A DNA stretch of 64,000 bases. Origin: Vitrella brassicaformis CCMP3155 (taxonomy: Eukaryota > Protista > Chromerida). The translations under genes were made by a program, and so were the position numbers. Below the pieces are notes generated by a model, which was given only the letters and a program-made list of their open reading frames with translations, was not told the DNA's origin and did no database searches. This document shows positions 13,801 through 26,500 of this stretch, piece after piece (position 1 is the first letter of the stretch; the number at the start of each line of letters is the position of its first letter). Location of the stretch: contig CDMY01000441.1 in assembly GCA_001179505.1 (NCBI GenBank), positions 12,071 to 76,070 on the forward strand, written 5' to 3'.

Positions 13801-14521
13801 CCTGCTTGGCATCTGCAAGAAGGGGGGAGGAGGCGGCGGAGAGCCCCTCAAGGCTGAGGACTTCCGAGAGGAGCTGTCATCTGACCCCAAATTCACCTCT
13901 TTGGCGAGCAAGGTCATCGAAGTCCTCAGCCGCCCCGATTCACCGCCGCCGAATGGAGACCTCCTGCAGATTGCGGAGGCCTGTGTGAAGATCCGCGACG
14001 CCCAGTGCTGCCGTGACGTGATGCGTGAGGTGTGCCGTCGGTTGTGGGGCAAGATTGAGTCGTTCAGCGAAGCAGAGACGAGCCGTCTCATCGCAGCCAT
14101 CCTCATGATGACGATTCGGGGACAGCACCCCGAGGCCGTCGAGCTGCTCTCGTCTATGCTCGACCTCATGCCGTCGACGCTTGGGGTGGCCCTTAAGTGG
14201 CTTTATGACGACCTACTCCGCCCTCAGGTTGCTCTGCAGGACGGCATGGACCTGCTGCCCTCTTTCATGGGCCGCAAGGAGCTAGATGCTTACAGCCTGA
14301 GCGTCGTCCTGTCGGCTCTAGCGGCCATAGCGGATGGGCGGAGGAAACAAGGGGGCATCAACCACCTTGACACGCAGATGCTGCGTGACTGGAGATTCCG
14401 TCAGCTGAGGGACGAGCTGCGGCGGAGACAACACGAGTGGCGAGGCAAGAACTCAACCACAAAGCGCATTCAAGACGCCGAGGGGATCTTGAAGCCTGCT
14501 TTGAGTGACCGCCTCCTCTGA
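7899..14521 (+). CDS. Very large protein: RS/Pro-rich N-terminus plus alpha-helical repeat body (OPR/HPR/FAST-like)
   Basis: Exons about 7899-8269, 8349-8899 and 8978-14521 (1847-codon ORF). Repeated segments such as LQPFDLVSAMWAAASL, FAAKDLYHLTWCI, FTGPEVSQLATVILHL, FSEAETSRLIAAI and LDAYSLSVVLSALAAI resemble FxxxELxxxxWAxAxL repeats. The CDS is well supported; the family call is tentative. Confidence 0.6.
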
Positions 14522-14816
14522 GTGACCACCCACCAGACACGCATCGTGCGCTGGCTCGTTTGTCTGATGGTGGGCGGCTCTCTGATGCGTGGCGCGGTGT
14601 GTTTGGGTGGAAGCTCTGAGTTAGCATGCTTTTTGGGAGAGGGATGCCTAAATTGACTAGATCTGAAACTTCTGTGACTAGCAGACCGCTTCATTTACGG
14701 ACCGTGCCGATCAAGCAGCATTCATGCCGCTACGCTGTTGTGTGGCGTGCCAGCTGACGCCTGACGTATATTGGCGCTCTCGCTGCCAGCGTATGGACAA
14801 TATTCACGAGCTGTAC

Positions 14817-14852
14817 ACACACCGGCCGGTGTCTACACACCGGCCGGTGTCT
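14817..14852. repeat. Two tandem 18-bp units, each containing the perfect 14-bp palindrome ACACCGGCCGGTGT
   Basis: acacaccggccggtgtct occurs twice, in the convergent intergenic region. Confidence 0.9.
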
Positions 14853-14975
14853 AGACACATCAAGACATACATACAGAGATGGATAGCGGCCCCCCATCCG
14901 TCTGCACATCCATACATCCATCCATCTACCCGTCCACACGCTACCTGTCTGCCTGCCTCAGACCCCTTCGCCGTC

Positions 14976-17900
14976 TCAGCCACTGACTGTGTCGGCCTCC
15001 ATCCCTCGTGGCTTCCACGTGAAGCTCTTGAGCAGCGTCATCATGCTCTCGTCTTCGCCTCCAGCCGGCAGGGGCAACAAAGGCACACACAACTCCACGC
15101 CTGCATACACACGACACACACGGGTGTCTGTCCATCCCTCCACATCGCTTTCCGGGTGCGGTGCGGTGCGTCGACGTACCCACCTGTGTCGTCGTTGACG
15201 GGGTTCTGTTGCTGCTCGAGGGTCTGAAGTCGGTGGTGCTGGGCGACATACTCACTGATGGGGCAAACCTTGCCTGCATGTGCAATGGGAGAGATGAGCC
15301 CCTCTGCGGTCGTTGTTTCCCGACTGACCTGTCGTGGCAGGGCGGCGCTGTGTCTGCGATAGGTACTTGGTAATGGGCGGCTGCCCCTTCGACCGCCCTG
15401 TCTCCGCACAGTAGACAAACACTTCATCTTAAGCGAAAGGACAGACACACATAAATATCAGCCGACTAGGTGTAATTGCCATGTGCCCCGTCCGTGTGTA
15501 CCTGTATCTTCCACCCATTTTGCTTCTGAGTCCGTACCGCTCGAGTCGTCCGTGGCGAGGCGGGGGAGCCGGCCGATGCGGCTGAGAGAGTGCGTCATCT
15601 TGAAGTAGGCGGTGATCGATGGCTGCCTGCACGCAAGACGCAACGCATCGATTCCCTCGCGCCCCTCACCTCCCCCCCCCATGTGCCCACGATGTTTCCT
15701 CACTCACTTGGTGCGTCTCTTGGCCAGTTTCGGTGTCTTGCTCTTGGTGAATGTCAGGCTAGGCGTGTGAGGATCGCTCAAATCCACACTCGTGGTGTAG
15801 CCGTCGGGGCGAGGGAACGACCACTTTCGCCACTCCGATGCTGCTGGTGGCGGCTCGCCCTCGCGCCACAGCCACTTCTCGCGCGACTCCTCCTCATCCC
15901 CATCCCCCTCGCCAAAGTCATCCTCCTCAACCATACAGCCGTCAAGATACCTCTCGTTGACCAGGAGGTCCAGCATCGTCGGCGGGCACTGATTTGATAA
16001 AGCACACTCGGCGTCAAACACAAAGGCGCACTGTCGAATGCATGCAAGGCCTTTCGACACGTACCGAGAAGCGATACTCGTCCATAATGTCCCCGTCGTC
16101 GCACCACGACAGCGACGGAGCGACGGCCTTGTCGGGCCCCAACTCTGCTACCAGCCACGCGACCTCGTCCAGGTCCGGGCAGCAGTCCGCGTCGATCGTC
16201 AGCTTCTCGATGCGGGGGTAGCGGTTGCGACGCTCTGCCTGGGGGGGCAGGAGACCGTGGGCCGAGCTGAGCTCCGTCACAGCCGAGAGGCTTTTATTGT
16301 TCAATCCACAACCGGCCGCCGCCACCTCGCTTGCCACCCTGCGATCGTCGCCGCCTCCCTGGTAGTAGGCCACACACTCGAGCATCATGCCGCCGATATC
16401 CGGACTGAGGTCGATCTTGAGGCCCGATGGAAGGGACTGCAGGAGCCGACACAGATGGTTGTCGAAGGGAGGGGGGGAGCTGTCCGAGACGCCGTCCACG
16501 AAGCCGTTCATGATGCCATCCAAATCCATGCTCTCAAACACAACCTCTGCAGACCAGAGTGCATCCATCTGCCTCATACATAAACGGTGTCTTGTTCGCT
16601 CGTCGCACCTTCGATGTTCTCAAACACATTGGGCTCGCAGATGCACGACGGGATGGACTGCAGCGCCACATAGTCCGTCTCACGATACACCTTCACCCTC
16701 AGCACCTTGGCGCCAGGGAAATGCACGCAGCGCAGCGACGGGTGCTCACTCAGCAGGGACCTGCCGCTTGTCCTGGGTGTGAGGAGCATGGCCTCGTCGC
16801 CGCCTGGGAGATGGCGCAGAAGGGCCGGGGGTATCTTGTTCATCGCCTCGAACCGCTCCTTCCTCTCCATGTGGGGAATGGCTGAGTGGGGGCTGTTGGG
16901 ATGCTCTGTGCAGTCGATGACGTCACAACCACCCTTGCGCACGACCGTCCAACCCCACTCCTCGGCCTCGCTCATGAGCCGCAGCGGCACCGGCTCCGAC
17001 GCGTTGGCGACCGTCATCTTGGAGGGCAGGGAGAGGTCCAGCACGATCGGGATGTGTAGGACGAGGGTGCGGGAACCGCCCGTCGTCTCGCTCTCACTGT
17101 CGGCATCGGCCATGCCGTCCTTGTCTTTCTTGGCCTGCCGTCTGGAGTCATCGTCGTGCCACTTCTGCTGCTCGATGCTGCTCAGCAGGCTCATGATCTT
17201 GCGGCACTCGGGCCACGTCTTTTGGTAGTGGTGCATCGTGCCGTAGGTGCTGCAGTTGGTAAGCGGCACCAGGAAGTGGCCGAGATGGGTCAGCCGGGTC
17301 AGCCGCCGCATTGCAGTGAGGGTTGCCGTGAGATGGTTTGGGATGAGGGGGAAGATGTCGATGTGGGTCAGCTGGGTGTGCCGGCGGCAGAACGACGCCA
17401 AGCTGTCGTCCAGACGGATGCATCCCTCATTGTTGAGGTACGTCGAGCGCCGCTCCTCACTCCTCTTCTTGCGATATGTGTCGGGGTCGGCGAGCCGTCC
17501 CGTCAGCCGACGCATGGCCGGGCAGTTGAGCTGCAGAAGCTCGAATACCGCCAGACCGCCCGCACTCTCGATGTGCAGGGACGCTAGGCGGTCCATCACC
17601 AGCCCATGCCAGGGCTCCCTCGGAAGCAGGGGAAGCGCAATCGGAACAGCCGGACCGCCGCTCCCCTTTTTCTGGCGCTTGACGGGGTCCACGATGACCA
17701 CGGCCGTCAGCTGGCTCGCGTAGAGACCCAGTCGGCGCACGCAGAAGGCCATGAATTGCGCCTTGATGGTCTGAATCTCGCGCGGCACCACGATGACGGC
17801 CGTGTGGACGAAGGTCTGGTTGATCTTGATGAGCTTGCCCTGGTTGGGGTGCGTGAAGCTGACAACCGTGAAGACGCCATAAACGGCCTCGTACATGGTG

Positions 17901-20060
17901 CGGCAGACGCGGGCAAGTCAAAGAGGGCCGGCTGGGGGCATCATGCCGATGAGCTCGTCCCACAGGCCGGGTGCCCCAACCATGCGAAGGACGCCAGGTG
18001 CGTGCATGGGGAGGGAGCCGACGGACGACCGGCAAGATGAGGGGGCGAGGGAGGGGCGAAGGCGATGTAACGAATGGACGGCGGGGGCTGTGAGGCGACA
18101 CGCGAGACCCTTCGCAGTGGATGGGCTGTTGTCGTCGAGGCTCCTGATCTGCCCGCCCAGGCCATCCGAGTCGATGCGCAGCGATATACAATCCTGCAGA
18201 GATGACAGGTGTGGCCTCGTCTCTTCACTACACGCCTCCTTTGTTCGCATGGCAACCTACCTCTGCATTGTTATTGTCCATCATCACATCGTCGTCTCCG
18301 CCGCCCCCGGCGGACCCACACTGACGGATCTTGTCTGCGAGCTGGTGTGCAGGGGACACGACCATCTCCATGGCCGGCAGATCGAAGCTGCTGTCGGTGG
18401 CGGGCAGCTCTGCTGGGCCAGCCATGCGGTCGAGACGACGGGCAACGCGGGCGAGATCGGGCGCATCGTGGTGGGCGTAGAGGCCACTGGAGTGCGGCCT
18501 GTCGCCGTGGTAGAAGGCCAGCAGGCCACTCAGACCCGCCAGGTAGGACGACACTGACAATGAATCAAACACAGCGGCAATCGTGTGGCGATGGTTGACG
18601 CGATGAGTCCTGTGTGTCTTTACGTGCACACGTGTACCTTTCTGCTCTGACAGGGTATTGTTGTCTGCGACACGGGGCTGCTGAAACGAAGGCTGTCGGT
18701 CGGGCGGCACCTCTGTTCTGATGGTGTTGACGAAATCGGCGACGTTCTTCGGACTCGCACGGCCGTTGCGATCGAACAGATAGGGCGACCCACTCACACA
18801 CTGAACACCAAGGCGACACACCGATAGATATCCGTGCCTCATGAACAAGGCGCTCCCTTGCCTGTTGCTCACCTTGTCGTGCAGATATTGGAAGTAGACA
18901 TGTGTGATGGTGTCGAGCTCCCGACGCGTCTCGACCGTTCGACCAGAGTGCAGCAGGGACGGGAAGGATGGGTACTCGGGCTGCGATGCCGACCAGGCCC
19001 AGATGATGCGAAGGTCCTCGGCACACCGGCCGATGTCAAACTCATGAACCGACCCACCTTGCAACGACTGCAGCTGGAGGGAAGCACGACACACCAGGGC
19101 GGCATTCATGTCAGGGCCCCTTTCGACCGCACATGCGCGCATACCTGTACTCTGACGTAGCTACGAATGGCCTCTCTCAGTCTGTCGACCGACACCACCT
19201 CCAGCTCGTCGCACCACACCGCCGACGGGGCTCCACCACCCAGTGCCGGTGAGCCTCCGTCTTCCATACTCGCCTGACCACACACACCAGGCGAACAAGG
19301 GCTCCTTCCCTTCCCCTCTTTCTCTGTGCGTCTTATTCGGACCGTGTCACGTGTCGACTTGGCGTCGATCGCTTGCGTCATGTAGAGGTGCAGCGACGGG
19401 ATGTTGAGTGCCGGCGAGAGGCTGAGGAGGATGCCCTCCTTGTCGATGCCACCATACACACAATACGATCGGCTCGGGGCAGCCACATCCAAACAGTGGG
19501 GGAAACTACAAACAAGACAGAAACAACACACATTTCAACGCGAGGGATGGTCGTGTTGGCTCGATGCAGGCAGAGTCCTTCTATTGGCTGCTTACCCTCT
19601 GTGGTTGTCAATTTGGGATTGGATGAGTTTGATCATCGCTGTCCGCGAGCTCCCGGACGGGAGGTACGGCAGCAGCAGCACTGACACACTAGAGTTGCGA
19701 TCAGCGAGGGCGTCAGCATATCGCCTGTGCACACATGTGCACAGTGCGGTGACCGGTATGCACATGGAATAGTGCACCCACCCCCTCACGGACCTTATGG
19801 CATTTCTGATGGTTGACGTCAGTTGGGGCAGCAGGTCGTCGGCAGCAGCAGCAGACTCGGCCGCTGGCGGTGATGGGTCAGACTCTGCAGGACCCCACCC
19901 CATACACACATGGACATACAGATGCACATACAATGAGAACATGTGTGCATCATCTGCCCACCGACTACGAGTGCGATGAAGGTCTTTGGGTTGACGGAAT
20001 GGACCAGTGTGTCGAGTCGGTGCGCAACTGCCGTGAACACGATGTTCGGATGGGACCCAA
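14976..20060 (-). CDS. Multi-exon protein: unknown N-terminal region, F-box-like motif interrupted by an in-frame TGA, LRR-like body, C-terminal PIP-box-like motifs (possible pseudogene)
   Basis: ORFs 19592-19942, 19106-19531, 18228-19142, 17918-18250, 16574-17896, 16014-16577 and 15704-16060 join through in-phase introns, followed by four small exons to a TGA at 14976-14978. The motif reads APGLWDELIGMMPPAGPL*LARVCRTMYEAV. The start codon was not located. Confidence 0.5.
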
Positions 20061-20288
20061 CTTCATACCTCCATGTGTGTGTGGTTCGTGTGCGTGACGG
20101 TAGCGCTTGATAAACTCGAAATCCTGAGATCGACTCCCTATCTTCACCACACGCATCTCACGCAGTAACGCTGTCAGTCGTACACACAACCCTGCCAAGC
20201 GTCCATCGACACACACCTAGCCAACCCACTAGCCACCCCCAGCATTAATTAAACGCAGCCATGAAACCCCTCCCTCTATCTCGAGCCA

Positions 20289-23014
20289 TCACGCCTCCTC
20301 TCCCTCCCCCTCGGCCCCCATCACGAGGTCGTCTTCGTCATGTAAAGGCTCATCCCGCGATGACTGCTCTGGCATGGCCTCCTCCAGATCTCGCCCCTCG
20401 GCGCTACGTGATGAGTCCTCGTTCGATGGGTCCTCCTCGTCGTCATCCTCGTTGGCTGAGTCTTCGTCATCTTCAACGTCCTCCTGGTCTTCGTTGGAGC
20501 CCTCGGGCACACTGAACACACACACACACAGGCAAATCGGACACAGGCGAGGCTGCTGTCCGTTGGTGGAAGGATGCGTTCGGTGGATGGGTGCTCGCTC
20601 ACCGCGACTCGGCCATCATGGCGTCGCTGTCGTCAGCAGTCATCTGCCGGCCGACTTGCGCCTCGCCCTCCGCCTCTTCCTCATCTATGTCGTTGTCATC
20701 TTCCGTGCCATTCATCAGCTGCACCTGGTCAGTAGCGGCGGCAGCAGCAGCAGCAGCACTAGCCGCTGGGCGGCCGCCCTCTCCCTCTGTCTCCTCTCTC
20801 TCCTCTCCCTCCTGCTTTATGGGTAGCATCTGATCATCGGCCACCGATGCCGCGACCTCCTCTCCCCCTCTGCCGTCTGTTGCTGCTGCTGCCCCGTCCA
20901 GCGGCTCTGTCTTGACGGCGCCAGAGGGGCTGCCCCTGCCGCCCCCCTCTCCCAGCTGTGCGGTTCGGTCCTTGTTGGCCCATGTGATTGGAGCGAGGCT
21001 GGCGCCGCTCTTCTTGACAAGCTGCACTATCGCTTGTGCGCTGGCGTCTGCGGGGTGACGCTGCTGGAGCGGGACGGATGAGGCCGAGGAGAGCTTGTAG
21101 AGCCACTGCTCTAGGGACGTGATGGCCGTCGTGGCGTCGATGTAACTCACTGACGACAGCAGAAAACGGGCGCCTGCGTGGATGGCACACGGACACATCG
21201 TACACACACTGTCAGAGGTGCACAGGCCGTGCCGCGTCGTCACCTGCGTCAAGGGTGATGCACCAGCTCTCGCAGAGGCCGTCAATCTTCTTGAGGATCA
21301 TATCTCGGTCCATGGCGCTGCCAGCCGCCCGAGTGAGCGGGGCCAGCCCATCGTACCAGTGCGCCTTCTTCAGGAGCAGCCGCACCATCAGCTCGCCAGG
21401 CGACTCCTCAGGCCTCCCTGCGGCCCTGTCCTGCTGTCCGCCAGGCATCCGAAGGATGTGGTCGAACTCGAAAAACGACACCATGGCCGCCTCGAATGGA
21501 AAGGCCTTGACGAGCGTCTCAGTGCCGATGTCCAGCCGCGTCCGGCTGTCGGCGGCGTAGCGCTCGATCCGCTGCTTGACCAGGTGGCGCGGCTCGGTGC
21601 GGAACTGCTCCTTGAGGTAGTCCTCGATCAGGTGCACCGTTACAGGCGCCCCCCGCCGGCCGGTCGCATCGCCGACGCGCCTCGCCTTGCCCACAGGCTG
21701 GTTCTCCTCCTCTGCAGTAGCAGCAGCAGCTGGGCGCTTCCTGCCGACGTTGGCCGGTGAGGGTGTCACGGCGGCCTTCTTGGCTTGGCGCTCCTTCTGC
21801 TCGTCGATCTGCCGTTCCTTCTGCCGCAGGTGGTTGCGGTCCTCCACTGCCTGGTGGTTGAGGTAGCCGTCCTGCGCGTAGCGGTCCAGGTAGTCGCGGA
21901 ACTGACGCTCCACCTGGTTGTGGTGCAGCACCTGACACACACACGGACAGACAGGAAACAGGGATGGATGGGCCTCTATGGCATGATCGAGCGAGTGGGG
22001 TCAGTCAGGTCAGTGGCCGACGTGTTTGATAGTGGCGCTGGCGAAGACGAGGAGAGGGCTCCTGGCATTTTCGTGGTCTTTGTGGTAGGGGTCGACAGAC
22101 ATCTTCTTGGAGGCCACGAAGGACTTCCACTTGTCCATGAGCACCTTGCCCTCCGCTGACGGCCGGTGGATGGCGTAGTCCACCACCCACGCCAGCAGCC
22201 GAGCCGGGGCATGCGTCAGGAAACTGCACTCACACACACACACACACACACAAATAGATAGATCGCCACCGCTCACTCAATGGTCGCTTCTTTCTCCTTC
22301 CTTGCTTGTCACCTACCTTTTGTATCGCTCGACTTTCATGATGTATTTGGGATTGTCGAGGTCCCCCGTGACCTCCTTCTTGTCGTTCTTGCCGTCACCG
22401 GTCACCGTCCCCCACTTGGTCTTGACCTCGATCCGCTCGTCACTCTCCTCGGGCGCAGTCGCCGTCACAGCACTCTTCTTAATTGACTCCTCGCCCGCAC
22501 GAGGACCCCTCACCGACGCATCACCCACACGAGCAGGCCGAGTGGCCACGCCCGGCGGCACTCTGCTGGGCACCGATGGCCGGCTCCTCTCCCTCTCCCT
22601 TTCTCGCTCCCGCTCCCTCTCCCGTTCTCTCTCCCTTTCCCTCTCCCTCTCCCTGTCCCTCTCCCTGTCCCTGTCGTCTATGGGTCTTGCCGGCGGCAGG
22701 GGGCGACGCATGCCGGTGCCAGGGGGTGCTCGTGGGTTGATGGCCGGCACAATGGGTCGGCCGCGTCCCGGCGACGAGTGTGACGGCATGGGCCTCTCAC
22801 GCTGCCGATCCCTCGGAGGATCCCTCTCCCTCCCCCGCGGCGGATCGGCAGAGTTGTACCGGTCCCTCTCCGGCACACGTCCTCCCCCTCCTCGGTCGCC
22901 AAGCGGCCGTCTTGATGCATCGGGAGAGTGAATGGCGCCTCTCGATGGCTCTCGGGGAGGCATGCGAGGGCGGGAAGGCGGACGCCGGTCTGGCGGGTGA
23001 GGAGGAAGAACCAT
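20289..23014 (-). CDS. Hypothetical, probably nuclear protein: Pro/Arg N-terminus, (RE)n tract, helical core, acidic tail
   Basis: ORFs 22313-23014, about 21995-22225, 21212-21940, 20599-21180 and 20289-20510 are flanked by intron-like CA/GT-rich spacers. No family recognised. Confidence 0.6.
22586..22677 (-). repeat. Coding RE/RD dipeptide repeat
   Basis: [30 protein letters not shown] encoded by degenerate AGGGAG hexamers. Confidence 0.9.
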
Positions 23015-23578
23015 GGTGCTTGGTCAAAAACTGGCCGTAGATCAGGTCACCAGATGGACGCTGATGCACGCGCAGAGCCCCTAAGCATCCGCCGCCTCCG
23101 AAACCGCCACAAGTAGGCGGGCGTCAGACTTATCTTCGGATGTGCTGGCAGGAGGTCGCTGAGTCATCACGCATTCCCGAAACGTCCCATTGCACCAAAG
23201 CTCGCAGGTTTGAGCTCGCACTGCAGATCTAATCTCCCTCCCCCATCTGATTCGACGCAATTGGAAGCAGCGACCGAAAGATCTGGATCGTGAAATCGCC
23301 GATTCCGCAGGTGTCCAGTCGATCAACATAGAGGTCTGCAGCCGTCGGCGGTTACCCAGGAGGTTGCAGGCCGCCAGATCCCATTTGTCATCGCCCCGAC
23401 GACCTGCCGAAGTTGCTTGTGGAAGCGGCAGTCTGCTTCTTGCGAGACGATCACTCTCTTCCCGACGCCACGTGTGATTCGCCCGCGTGGTTCTGATGGC
23501 CTTGCAGCACCGCTGATTATCGCCGTGGCAGCAGCAACACGAGACATCGCTTAGGCGAACGGCTGCCGGTCGCACCTG

Positions 23579-26500
23579 ATGGACGGGCCGTCGAATGAGA
23601 GGCAATTCTCTTGTTCACTGCCGGCGTCGGAGGCACTTAGGGCCACCCACCGCCACCGCATAATCCAGCAGCATCTCGACGCGGATGCAGCCAACACGCG
23701 AGCAGACCTCAGGACGATATGTGCACGCCGTCGGCCGCCCTCCCTGCTGCTGACTTGCCCATATATCTATGCGCCATCTCTTGGTCTGCGAGATGAGGGG
23801 CAGCAGCAGCAGCAGCAGGGCAGTGCCAGTCCTGTTGCGAGGTGGGATGTGGCGCAGAGGGTGCTGCATGGCGCTGTGCACCAAGGGCTGGAGGTGGTCG
23901 AGATCGGGGACCACTGCCATCCCGTCAGGGCGGGTCTGCCCATGGAGAGGCGGTGCTTTGCGCTGAGGTTGAGCAAAGGGGCTGACTCCATCGACACGAG
24001 GGTAAGGGTAAGGGTCAGTCAGGGTGAGAGAAACAATGAGCATACACACACGTCCACACTCGCTCATTGGTTGTGCTTCCTTTCGTGCTTCATTGTCACA
24101 TCAATCAGCGTGTGGTGGTCTTGGGCGCCCTCACTGGGCGAGTGCGTCGTCCCTTCCCCGCTGCTCCCGTCCCAGCCCATCACCAGTCGTCGAGCCCTCC
24201 ACTCGAGTACCAGATGATTGCAGCGGGGCTGCCCGAGTATTACACACGTCCCGACGGCATGCTTGGGGCCGCGGCGGTGTTCGCCATGAAGTTCGATGCC
24301 GATGCGCTGCCGCCGAGCACTGCTGAGGAGGGCGAGAAAGGTGAGGTGCCGGCAGGCCAGGCCTTGGTCAATCAATCTCCTTCCTGATGTCTTTGTGAAG
24401 GGTCGGTTCCCGGTGACGAGGACTGGCTGCTGGACTGCAGCCAGATGAGCAGCGAGCTGGTATTCGTCGCGCACCACCAGCCTGTGGAGGTCATCAGGGG
24501 GAAACCTCTCAGACGCAACGCCGCATGGCATTGGGTGAGTAGAGTCGCGAATGCACGTCACATGTATGGACGCATACGCTTCCGCTCCCCTCTCTGTGTG
24601 TGTGTGTGCGTGTCAGGTGTATGTCGACGGCTGGCCCCATTTGGTGCTCACAAACATCCTTGGGACACCGATACACCCACAGGTTGGTCAGTATGTGAGT
24701 GAGTCGCAGAGGGAGGCGCGACACGACGCAAGCCATGCAAGCACACATAGGAGTGTCTGCCTGCCCTGTTCGTTCGTCAGGACGAGATCGTTGCTGACTT
24801 CGGTCCAACGTGGTTCGCCCGCTATCGCAGCGCAATCCTGCAGGCGATGCGGATCGAGCACACCGAGTACCGCCTCCTTCGCGCATGCCGATACGATGGG
24901 ATCTCGCCCATCCGAAAGCCTACCACAGGTGGGCGCGACGAGAGAAGGGACGGCCGAGTGACTGGCATTGCAACTTCGTCTGTCTGTGTTCGTGTCAGGG
25001 GATTGTGCGGACGGCCTGTTGGGCTCTCCGCAGATGAAGGTGCTCAACGAGAAGGCCCGAAAGATCGTCGCACACCCTCCCCAAGCGTAAGCAAAGCATG
25101 GGGGGCAACCAAACTCTCACGAATTCCATTGTGTTCCTCTTCCCCTCCCCTCCAGGTCCCCTCGGCCAAAGAGGCGGGCTGCCGCTGCCGCCAACAGCCA
25201 CAGAAACCCAACGGACATGCAGGAAGACGACGAGCCCGACTCGCCACTCCGGCTGCCCATCCGGAGGGTGGTGCGGGCGACCGACTGCACCACCACCGCT
25301 GGTGGCGTCACGTGTGCACCTGGGTGGTGTGAGTCGATCCCACACCCATTGCGAGGGCAGATGGAGACGGGCGTCGACATCGCCATGCGCTCCCCGGGGG
25401 GCAGCGACCCGCCAGCACCGACGGCGGTGCGGAAGGGGCAGGACGACACTCGAGTCAATGAATGTGAGCAAGGAGGGCAAGCTGGGGCAGAAGCAGCACA
25501 CGGGAACGTCCCTGATGTATGTGTGTAATGGTTTGGTCAGTGAGCCGCCAGCTCGCCGAGAAGAACAAGCAGATAGCGGAGCTGCACCAGCGTCTGGGCC
25601 CCCCTCACCCCGTCGCCCGTCGAGACACCGCCACAGGCGCGTCACCCCCTCGCCCGTCGTCAAAGCCCTCCCTGCTGAATGGCACGAGAGAAGACCAGCA
25701 GGCCGCGAGCCACGAAGCGGCAGCAGCTGGCGGTGGACACAAGAGAGGAGTCAAGCGGCCAGGGGCACCTCACGCTGCTTCTACTGCCACTGGTAAGTCA
25801 AACTCTGAGAGGTGACACGTCGGAAAATCTGTATGTGTCCCCTTGTTCCATCCGTCCATCAGATGGCCACGAGGCGCGCTCGCCGGTCCCGAAGAAGGCC
25901 CGCGACGCCCGCCACCACAGCAAGGAGAGCAGGAAGGCGTCATCCGACCAGCACGGGTCTCCCTCCCCTCCATCCGCCACCCTCTCCCCTGCCAGACAGA
26001 GGAGCGATGCCGTTGACAAGGGAAGCAAGGGCAAGGCCGGCGGTGATGCCAAGCCGCCCTTCGGCGCGCTGAGGACACACGGGGGTGTTCAGCTGGTTAA
26101 TGACGGTGGCGACAAACACCACCCGAACCACAAGGAGAAGAAGAAGCACGACAGCAAGGAGGGCGACAAGGACCGAGCAGCACATCGGCAGAAGGGAGAC
26201 ATGGACCGGTCCAAGGACCACCTCCATCCACCCCAGCAACAACAGCATCAGCACCATCAGCACAAGGGTGGCGGCCACGCCGTCAAGGCCCCGCATCCCC
26301 CCGAGAAGCCGCACAAGGCAGAGAAATCCCGACTCAAGAAGCAGCACCAGGGCGGCGGAGGCGGAGTAGAGGGGGAGCACCATCCTCAGCATCATCACCA
26401 CAAGGACCATCCCACCAAAGCCCGCAGCCAGAGCCCCTCTCTACCTTCGCCAAGACCAGCCGCACCGAACACCGCCAAGCCAGCAAGGCCACCCCCACCA

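Noticed and set aside
17918-17920. Selenocysteine reading of the in-frame UGA
   Set aside because: The position is not a Cys or redox site in the F-box pattern, and I could not identify a SECIS-like element by eye.
18228-19142. Faint resemblance of this ORF to NPRL3/Npr3
   Set aside because: It rests on one short helix-strand segment and the other family motifs were not found.
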